From NCBI GenBank assembly GCA_900542055.1, contig UQMA01000002.1, forward strand, positions 5,070-69,069: DNA of 64,000 nucleotides, given 5' to 3'. The notes beneath the pieces were generated by a model that saw only the letters and a list, made by a program, of their open reading frames with translations, did no database searches and had not been told where the DNA came from. Position numbers and translations under genes: made by a program. Positions 56,813 to 64,000 of the stretch are shown piece after piece. This DNA comes from an uncultured Azospirillum sp. GTDB lineage: Bacteria; Pseudomonadota; Alphaproteobacteria; RF32; CAG-239. Positions within the stretch are counted from its first letter, which is position 1; each line of letters begins with the position of its first letter.

Positions 56813-57025
56813 ATTTATTCTCCTCTAACAGTGTATATATTGGAAGTTACGGAGCATAAACACAATTGTCAATATATTTGCGTTTTTTATACGCCATTCA
56901 ACTAAAAAAGCGTTCTAAAAAAAAACAAAAATTTATCAGCGGATATTATTTTTCTTCTTAATAACTATCAAAAAACTTTAGTTTTTATTTTAAATATGAT
57001 ATAGCTTTACACTAGGTGAAAAAAT

Positions 57026-57250
57026 ATGGATATTGCTACAAATAAAATAACAATCGAAGCCATGGCTGTTATTGCCGAAAAAGAAATAAGCCTTAAAAAT
57101 TTTTTCAAATTAAAAAAAGGCGACTTTCTTAGTTTGGAAAGAAACAATGATTGTTCAGTTTGTTTGCAATCCGGCGGAGCAAAAATCGCAAACTGTTTTC
57201 TTCGCCAGACAAACAACCGCTTTGAAGTGGAAATAAAAGAAAAATTATAG
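57026..57250 (+). CDS. Stand-alone FliN/SpoA-domain protein
   Basis: ITIEAMAVIAEKEISLKNFFKLKKGDFLSLERNNDCSVCLQSGGAKIANCFLRQTNNRFEVEIKE fits the FliN C-terminal (SpoA) pattern V.L.V.LG...i.l..ll.L..GdvI.Ld....v.l.vng..iA.G. Confidence 0.5.
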   Translation: MDIATNKITIEAMAVIAEKEISLKNFFKLKKGDFLSLERNNDCSVCLQSGGAKIANCFLRQTNNRFEVEIKEKL

Positions 57251-57259
57251 AGTTTTAAT

Positions 57260-58009
57260 ATGCCGAAAAAACTAAAAAAAATTATCAAAAAAATTACAAA
57301 ATCTCCGGCTTTTGCGGCCTTTATCGGAAAGCTGATGTATTATTACGGTCTTTTGGTATGGAAAACAACACGTTGGCAAATTTTCGGTATTAACCGTTTT
57401 TATCCGATTTGGGATAAAGATAAATCCATTATTTTAACCATCTGGCACGGACGTGTTTTGATGATACCTTATTTCTGGAATAAAAAACACCCCTTAAACG
57501 CTTTGGTTTCCCCACACAATGATGGAAGAATTGCGGCAACATTTTTACAAAAAATCGGTTTTGGAATTATTGATGGTTCAAGCAACGACGGCGCAAATGC
57601 CGCTGCTATCGGGCTGCTTCGTTCCTTGGAAAAAGATGAAGCTATTGCCATAATTCCTGACGGACCGCGCGGTCCGCGGATGAAGATGAATGAAAGTCCG
57701 CTTTATTTTGCAAAAAAGTCTGGTAAAGCTTTATTCGGTGCAACTTATTCAATTGAACATTCAATAGTGGCAAAAAGCTGGGATGCCATGTTGATCCCAC
57801 TGCCTTTTTGCAGAGGCATTGTTCATTTGACGAAGCCTTATTATATTCCGGCTGATGCCAGCAAAGAAGATATGGAAAAATATCGTCAGGAAATAGAAGA
57901 CGAATTAAACGAATTAACCAAACGCGCAGACCATGTATTCGGTCTTCCCAAAATAGAAGCCGGTGTTTGCGCAAAAAGTAAAAAACATAAAACTGAGGAA
58001 AAACAATAA
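57260..58009 (+). CDS. DUF374-family (lysophospholipid acyltransferase-like) protein
   Basis: IWHGR.L, SPHNDGRI and PDGPRGPR blocks. It sits in the conserved position upstream of waaA. Confidence 0.8.
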   Translation: MPKKLKKIIKKITKSPAFAAFIGKLMYYYGLLVWKTTRWQIFGINRFYPIWDKDKSIILTIWHGRVLMIPYFWNKKHPLNALVSPHNDGRIAATFLQKIGFGIIDGSSNDGANAAAIGLLRSLEKDEAIAIIPDGPRGPRMKMNESPLYFAKKSGKALFGATYSIEHSIVAKSWDAMLIPLPFCRGIVHLTKPYYIPADASKEDMEKYRQEIEDELNELTKRADHVFGLPKIEAGVCAKSKKHKTEEKQ

Positions 58010-59278
58010 ATGTTCATTAAAATATATAATACCTTAATCAGAATCTTATATCCTTTGGTTATCAGCCGCTATATCAAGAAGCGTCAACAAAAAGGCAAAG
58101 AAGATTTAAAACGTTTTAATGAACGTATCGGGCGTCCGACAATGGAAAGACCAGAAGGAAAATTGTTTTGGTTTCATGGTGCTTCAGTCGGAGAATCTTT
58201 ATCTATGCTTCCCCTGATTAACCGTATGCTTGAAACTTATCCCGAAGCACATGTTATGGTTACAACCGGCACTCTTACCTCTGCAGAACTTATGGGAAAA
58301 AGGCTTCCTGAAAGAGCTTTTCATCAATATATCCCCATTGACAACCCTGTATTTACTACCCGCTTTGTCAAACATTGGCACCCTGATGCGGTTTTGTGGT
58401 TTGAGTCCGATTTGTGGCCGGCTATGCTTTCATCTATCAAACGCAAAAACATTCCTTTGATTTTGGTGAACGGGCGTATTTCAAACAAATCTTTCAAACG
58501 CTGGCAGCAATTTGACTATATTTGCAAAGAGCTGCTTTCCTGCTTTACTTTTTGTTTGGGACAATCAGATGAAGATGCTTATCGTCTGCGTGTTCTTGGC
58601 GCTAAAGAAGCTATTTGTCTTGGAAATGTAAAATATGCGGGCTTGCCTCTGCCGATTGATAACGACAAAAAAGCCAAAATAGAAAAACAAATTAACGGAC
58701 GCACAATATGGCTTGCAAGTTCAACGCATGATGACGAAGAATTTAAAATAGCAAAATTTCATAATCAACTAAAAAAAGACTTTCCTGATTTGTTATTGCT
58801 GATTGCTCCCCGACATCCGCAAAGAGGCGTTGAAATTCAAAAACGCATACAAAAAGAACTTGGATTGAAAGTTGCATTGCGTTCAAAAAACGAACCTATA
58901 CAGCCCGACACAGATATTTATGTTGCCGATACAATCGGTGAATTGGGCATTTGGTATAGTATTTGTCCGCTGGTATTTATCGGCGGTTCGCTTATTCCTC
59001 ACGGCGGACAAAACTTTATGGAGCCTTCTCGCTGCAGAGACGCCGTTATTGTCGGTCCGCATATGCATAACTTTACCGATGCAATGAACCGCGCTAAAAA
59101 AGCCGATGCCGTTATTCAAGTAAATGATGTGTTGGATTTGACCGATAATGTTAAACAATTGCTCGAAAACAAAGATTTGTTAGAAGCAAAACGCAGTCTG
59201 GCATACAATTGGGCAATGTCCGAAACAAAAGTTTTAGACGGAATTATGGATAAAGTACAGAGTTATATGCCAGAATGA
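58010..59278 (+). CDS. waaA: 3-deoxy-D-manno-octulosonic acid (Kdo) transferase
   Basis: WFHGASVGE, APRHPQR and GGSL.PHGGQN.EP blocks. Confidence 0.93.
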   Translation: MFIKIYNTLIRILYPLVISRYIKKRQQKGKEDLKRFNERIGRPTMERPEGKLFWFHGASVGESLSMLPLINRMLETYPEAHVMVTTGTLTSAELMGKRLPERAFHQYIPIDNPVFTTRFVKHWHPDAVLWFESDLWPAMLSSIKRKNIPLILVNGRISNKSFKRWQQFDYICKELLSCFTFCLGQSDEDAYRLRVLGAKEAICLGNVKYAGLPLPIDNDKKAKIEKQINGRTIWLASSTHDDEEFKIAKFHNQLKKDFPDLLLLIAPRHPQRGVEIQKRIQKELGLKVALRSKNEPIQPDTDIYVADTIGELGIWYSICPLVFIGGSLIPHGGQNFMEPSRCRDAVIVGPHMHNFTDAMNRAKKADAVIQVNDVLDLTDNVKQLLENKDLLEAKRSLAYNWAMSETKVLDGIMDKVQSYMPE

Positions 59279-60243
59279 AAACCCCTGTCTATTGGAAAAA
59301 CAGAAATATAAAAGCTTTGACTTTATTGCCTATCGGTTGGGTATATGCCGGTTTGACAGCTTTACGCTTGTTGATTAAAAAGCCTTTTGCTACTGATTGT
59401 CCTGTAATTTGCATAGGTAATTTAACAGCAGGAGGAACCGGAAAAACCCCAACCGCAGTTGCTATTGCAAAAATTGTTAAAGAACTCGGATATAATCCGT
59501 TTTTTGTATCCCGTGGATACGGCGGAAATTTGTCAGGCGTTATTGTTAACAGAGAAAAACATACCCCTAAACAGGTTGGCGATGAACCTTTGTTGTTAGC
59601 TCGCGAAGCTGAGGTTTCAATTAATCCAAACCGCGCTTTTGCTGCTCAAAAAGCCATATCCGAAGGAGCAACGGCTCTTATTATGGATGATGGATTCCAA
59701 AATCCCAGTCTTAAAAAAAATATTTCGTTTTTGGTTTTTGACGGAGGCTTCGGAATAGGAAACGGCTGGCCTCTGCCCGCAGGTCCTTTACGTGAAAGTT
59801 TCAACGCCGGATTAAAACGCGCCGATGCAGCCATCATCATCGGCCAAGATACAACTAACCTTTGCGGCAAATTGAAAAATATTCCGATTTTTAAAGCTGT
59901 AATGCAGCCATTGCCTTTACAAAACACAAAACAAAAAGCCATTGCTTTTGCCGGTATCGGCCGTCCTGAAAAGTTTTATAATTCACTCCGTGAAATGCAA
60001 ATAGAAATTATCAAAACCATTGACTTTCCGGATCATCATTTTTACACTGAAAATGAATTAAAGCAACTGATAGAAGAAGCTCGTAAATTTGAGGCACGAT
60101 TAATAACAACAGCAAAAGATTTTGTTAAAATTCCTGCAAATTTACAAAAATATTTTAATGTGCTCGAAATAGAAATTAAATGGGGCAACAGAGAAGCTTT
60201 GAAAACTTTTATTCAAAATAAATTCGCCTCACTAAAAAAATAG
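59275..60243 (+). CDS. lpxK: Tetraacyldisaccharide 4'-kinase
   Basis: GNLTAGGTGKTP P-loop, SRGYGG and DDGFQN. The start overlaps the waaA stop. Confidence 0.93.
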   Translation: MKTPVYWKNRNIKALTLLPIGWVYAGLTALRLLIKKPFATDCPVICIGNLTAGGTGKTPTAVAIAKIVKELGYNPFFVSRGYGGNLSGVIVNREKHTPKQVGDEPLLLAREAEVSINPNRAFAAQKAISEGATALIMDDGFQNPSLKKNISFLVFDGGFGIGNGWPLPAGPLRESFNAGLKRADAAIIIGQDTTNLCGKLKNIPIFKAVMQPLPLQNTKQKAIAFAGIGRPEKFYNSLREMQIEIIKTIDFPDHHFYTENELKQLIEEARKFEARLITTAKDFVKIPANLQKYFNVLEIEIKWGNREALKTFIQNKFASLKK

Positions 60244-60400
60244 ATTTATTTTCGGCTTTATCTATTTTTCTCACAGTTACCGCAATCACTGCAACCATTG
60301 CATATCAAACGAGAATCACAGGTTTCACAATTTTTTCGCCAATGTTTTACATACCACCCATCATTAAAAAGTTCGGTTTGCGGTTTGTGTAAATTCCATA

Positions 60401-60601
60401 TTACAAGCACATATTGTTGCGCCCTCTGGAAATTTGTATCATTCCCGCAGCTTTGAGTTTGAGCAAAATGTTACGTATAATAACCGGATTAACTTGCACA
60501 GAACCAGACAAAAAATCACTTGTTAGTGGAAACTGCCCTTTAAGAGTTTCAAGGGCAGTCAACACATGCAAAGCTATTGTAAATCTACTTGATATTTGCA
60601 T
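60401..60601 (-). pseudogene. Truncated Rrf2-family regulator (N-terminal wHTH only)
   Basis: MQISSRFTIALHVLTALE...NPVIIRNILLKLKAAGMIQISRG is an Rrf2 (YwnA-like) DNA-binding domain. The ORF stops after 66 aa, about half the family length. Confidence 0.55.
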
Positions 60602-60612
60602 TTAGCAGTCTT

Positions 60613-60828
60613 TCAGCAAAGTTCGGCATCACTTAAACCAAATTGTGTTAAAGATCCTTCTTTAGCCTGAATACAAAGAAATTGAAATTCATCACTCCCG
60701 ACATTTTCAATGGTACGAGCAACTTTTGTGCCTACTCTTACCGCAGATCCTTCTTTTACCTCAATTTTGTTTTTACCTGCAGTAATAACACCTTTACCTT
60801 TTAAAACAATATAAACTTCTTCATTTTG
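60613..60828 (-). pseudogene. 5'-truncated cupin-fold gene remnant
   Basis: The open frame QNEEVYIVLKGKGVITAGKNKIEVKEGSAVRVG...FQFLCIQ corresponds to the cupin motif-1 tail through the end. An in-frame TAA lies immediately upstream and there is no start codon. Confidence 0.5.
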
Positions 60829-60914
60829 TTACAGATTATTTGTAATGCCAACTATTACATTTATTTTTAATAATAAATGTTGAATAATAAATGTTATCAA
60901 AAGTTACATATATA

Positions 60915-60942
60915 CAAAAAACGACAGCCTTTCAGCTGCCGT
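60915..60942 (-). terminator. gyrA rho-independent terminator
   Basis: On the minus strand, ACGGCAGC pairs with GCUGUCGU (the G-U pair exists only on this strand), followed by U6. Confidence 0.75.
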
Positions 60943-60963
60943 TTTTTTGTATATTTTATCTTA

Positions 60964-63798
60964 TCAGTCTTCCTGAATTTCGGTTTCTGGTTCTCTGATT
61001 TCATCAGATAAATTATCTTCAGAATCAGCAACACTTTCACCTAAAAATTCAGAACCTGTTTCATTTTCCAGCTCTTCTTCATCTTCGGAATCAGCGTCAA
61101 GCCAGGTTACCGACATAACTTTTTCATCTTCGGCAGTTCTGAACAAGATAACGCCTTGTGTCTTTCGACCAGCCACACGGATATCTTCAACCGGCATACG
61201 TATTAACTTGCCTCCGTCTGTCACCATCATAATCTGGTTGTTATCATCAATCGGGAATGAGCTTACAACTTCTTTGTTGCGGGCTGACATTTCCATATTG
61301 GCAATACCTGATCCACCGCGTCCGGTAACACGATATTCATAAGAAGATGAGCGCTTTCCATAACCAGTGCATGTAACTGTTAAAATAAACTGTTCATTAG
61401 CTTTCATCTGCTCAAATTCCGCCGGAGACAAAATATTTAACAAACCTGTATCCACAGCCTTAATTTCAACATCATTGCCATTTTCGTTTTCCATACGTTT
61501 GATAGCGGAAACGACTTTGGCATATTCATCGCGCTGCTCAGAAGTTGCATCACTATGGTTCAAAATCGACATTGAAATAACTTCATCATTATCAGCAAGT
61601 TTAATGCCGCGAACGCCCACAGAATTGCGTCCGACAAAAACGCGCACTTCCGTAACCGGAAATCTGATGCATTTACCATAACGGGTAGCCAACATAATAT
61701 CGTCATTTTCGGTACAAATGCGGACATTGATAAGCTTGTCGTCATCATCAAGTTTCATAGCAATTTTACCGTTTGACTGAACATTGACAAAGTCCATCAA
61801 GCTATTGCGGCGAACCATACCGCTCTTGGTTGCGAAGATAATCGACAAATCTTTGCAATCTGCTTCATTCTCAGGCAGACGCATAATCGTAGTAATATTT
61901 TCGCCTTCATCTAAAGGCAGCAAGTTTACAAACGGTTTGCCTTTTGATGTTGGCGAGCCGAGAGGCAATTTGTAAACTTTCAGTTTATAAACCAGTCCTT
62001 TTGAAGAGAAGAACAGCACCGGAGAATGAGTAGAAGCAACAAACAGGCGGGAAACAAAATCCTCGTCTTTTGTAGCCATTCCCGATTTGCCTTTACCGCC
62101 GCGTTTTTGAGCACGATAAGCATTCAGCGGAACTCTTTTAATATATCCGGCTTCCGTAACCGTTACTACCATTTCTTCTCTTTGAATTAAAGATTCGACA
62201 TCCTGATCAAACTCAATGTCTTCAATTTTAGTACAGCGAGGCGTTGCATATTCATCTTTGATGGCAACCAATTCATCACGCATAATGCCGTAAAGTTTTT
62301 CACGGCTTGCCAAAATTGAAAGACATTCTTTAATTTCATCGCCTAAATTAATCAATTCCTGATGAATTTTATCACGTTCCAAACCGGTCAAGCGTTGCAA
62401 TTTCAAATCCAATATTGCTTTAGCCTGTGCCTCTGACAAATGATAATGACCGTTTTCAACCTTGCGATCCGGTTCGTCAATCAAAATCACCAAAGGCTCC
62501 ACATCTCCGGCCGGCCAAGCTTTTGACAACAAAGCGTCTTTTGCTTCTTGCGGCGAAGGAGCTGTGCGAATCAGTTCAATAACCGGATCAATATTTTCAA
62601 CAGCTATAGCTAAACCAACCAATGTATGAGCGCGGTCGCGAGCCTTATTCAATTCATAAATTGTACGGCGGCGGATAACTTCTTCACGAAATTCGATAAA
62701 GGCAGCAATGATTTCTTTTAGGTTCATCATCATTGGGCGGCCGCCATTAATAGCCAGCATATTCATACCGAAACTGGTCTGCAGCGGAGTAAATTTGTAA
62801 AGTTGATTCAAAATAACATCAGCTTGGAAGTCGCGTTTGATTTCAATAACCACGCGAACGCCCTGACGGTCAGATTCATCGCGAATATCTGAAATTCCTT
62901 CAAGTTTTTTGTCTTTGACAAGTTCTGCAATTCTTTGTACCAGAGCGGCTTTGTTTACCTGATATGGAATTTCATGGACAATGATGGCCTCTTTGTCTTT
63001 GCGGATTTCCTCAATTGTGCATTTTGCACGCATCATCACCGAACCACGTCCGGTATAATAAGCTGACTTTGCTCCGCTTTGTCCCAAGATTAGACCGCCG
63101 GTCGGAAAATCAGGCCCCGGAACATAATTAATCAATTCATCAATTGTAATATCAGGATTATCAATATAAGCGCAGCACGCAGAAATGATTTCACCTAAAT
63201 TGTGCGGCGGAATATTGGTTGCCATACCAACGGCAATACCGTTTGTGCCGTTTACCAACAAGTTTGGATAACGTGCCGGCAAAACAGTCGGCTCTTGCAG
63301 ACTTTCATCGTAGTTAGGCATAAAATCGACTGTATCTTCGTCAATATCTTCAATGAGCGCATGAGCCACTTTTGCTAAACGAGCTTCCGTATAACGCATA
63401 GCGGCGGCGCCATCACCGTCCATTGAGCCAAAGTTTCCCTGCCCGTCAACCATAGGAACGCGCATTGAAAAAGGCTGTGCCATACGCACCATTGCTTCAT
63501 AAACCGAGCTGTCGCCGTGTGGGTGATATTTACCTAAAACATCACCGACGATACGAGCTGATTTACGGAACGGGCGATTATAATCATAACCGTTTTCGTA
63601 CATCGAATAAATAATACGGCGGTGAACCGGTTTCAAACCATCTCTGACATCCGGCAGCGCACGCGATACAATCACACTCATTGCGTAGTCAAGATATGAG
63701 CGGCGCATTTCTTCCGAAATGTCAACCGGAGTAATATCTTGAGCCGGTTTATCCACGGCATTTGCAATCATATTTTCATCATTGATTTCTTCAGTCAT
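60964..63798 (-). CDS. gyrA: DNA gyrase subunit A
   Basis: Full-length GyrA (active-site AAMRYTE, QRDR-region [25 protein letters not shown]-terminal beta-pinwheel) plus an acidic C-terminal tail. Confidence 0.98.
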   Translation of the reverse strand: MTEEINDENMIANAVDKPAQDITPVDISEEMRRSYLDYAMSVIVSRALPDVRDGLKPVHRRIIYSMYENGYDYNRPFRKSARIVGDVLGKYHPHGDSSVYEAMVRMAQPFSMRVPMVDGQGNFGSMDGDGAAAMRYTEARLAKVAHALIEDIDEDTVDFMPNYDESLQEPTVLPARYPNLLVNGTNGIAVGMATNIPPHNLGEIISACCAYIDNPDITIDELINYVPGPDFPTGGLILGQSGAKSAYYTGRGSVMMRAKCTIEEIRKDKEAIIVHEIPYQVNKAALVQRIAELVKDKKLEGISDIRDESDRQGVRVVIEIKRDFQADVILNQLYKFTPLQTSFGMNMLAINGGRPMMMNLKEIIAAFIEFREEVIRRRTIYELNKARDRAHTLVGLAIAVENIDPVIELIRTAPSPQEAKDALLSKAWPAGDVEPLVILIDEPDRKVENGHYHLSEAQAKAILDLKLQRLTGLERDKIHQELINLGDEIKECLSILASREKLYGIMRDELVAIKDEYATPRCTKIEDIEFDQDVESLIQREEMVVTVTEAGYIKRVPLNAYRAQKRGGKGKSGMATKDEDFVSRLFVASTHSPVLFFSSKGLVYKLKVYKLPLGSPTSKGKPFVNLLPLDEGENITTIMRLPENEADCKDLSIIFATKSGMVRRNSLMDFVNVQSNGKIAMKLDDDDKLINVRICTENDDIMLATRYGKCIRFPVTEVRVFVGRNSVGVRGIKLADNDEVISMSILNHSDATSEQRDEYAKVVSAIKRMENENGNDVEIKAVDTGLLNILSPAEFEQMKANEQFILTVTCTGYGKRSSSYEYRVTGRGGSGIANMEMSARNKEVVSSFPIDDNNQIMMVTDGGKLIRMPVEDIRVAGRKTQGVILFRTAEDEKVMSVTWLDADSEDEEELENETGSEFLGESVADSEDNLSDEIREPETEIQED

Positions 63799-64000
63799 TT
63801 TTTTACCTTGTCTGATTACTTTTAAACTGGAAACATCATAGCAAAAACATAGTTTTTGACCAGTAATTTAATAAACTTATACCCATATAAAATTGTGAGA
63901 ATCGCTTGTAGAGGCAAAAAAAGCCACTTAAAATCGATGTTTTTAAAAAGAGTATTTTAAAAGTTAACAATAACAGCGTCTAAAACGCTTAAAAAAGCAT

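Noticed and set aside
1-64000. CRISPR arrays, IS elements, transposases, integrases, prophage genes and rRNA
   Set aside because: I saw no regularly spaced direct repeats, terminal inverted repeats with transposase ORFs, or recombinase motifs while reading either strand. Absence by eye is not proof, so a repeat finder should confirm it.

Overview
This is an AT-rich, gene-dense chromosomal window with no rRNA, CRISPR array, transposase or integrase that I can see. Several features are typical of Alphaproteobacteria. They are a permuted two-piece ssrA (tag ANDNELAPVALAA) next to an SspB-alpha-like adaptor, mipZ, a CckA-like hybrid kinase followed by hdaA, a GAAC-N7-GAAC box upstream of recA, and DUF374-waaA-lpxK. 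The window also carries the anaerobe markers hydE and hydF ([FeFe]-hydrogenase maturases). I infer an uncultured, low-GC, anaerobic alphaproteobacterial lineage; this is not proven. Housekeeping genes include a metK-like gene, glyA, rpiB, thyA, folA, pgm, recA, yebC, prmA, pepP, gyrA and four tRNAs. Accessory content includes a complete Type I R-M operon beside tRNA-Cys/tRNA-Asn. A MerR-type operator occurs three times, in front of a Dxs paralogue, a secreted alpha/beta hydrolase and (less certainly) a 52-aa basic mini-protein. An eptA, lipid-kinase-like and two-component module sits between hydE and hydF. There is also a glycerol-1-phosphate dehydrogenase/HAD pair and an ArgR-box-controlled ATP-grasp/M14-deacylase pair. 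The most interesting signal is absent from the supplied ORF track. It is a 57-aa, 17-Cys metallothionein-like gene (49933-50106, minus strand) with a perfect Shine-Dalgarno sequence and a promoter overlapped by two CsoR-type palindromes. It heads an operon that also encodes a Cys/Met/His-rich membrane protein and a CsoR-family repressor. All calls come from reading the sequence and remembered family motifs; no database search was run.
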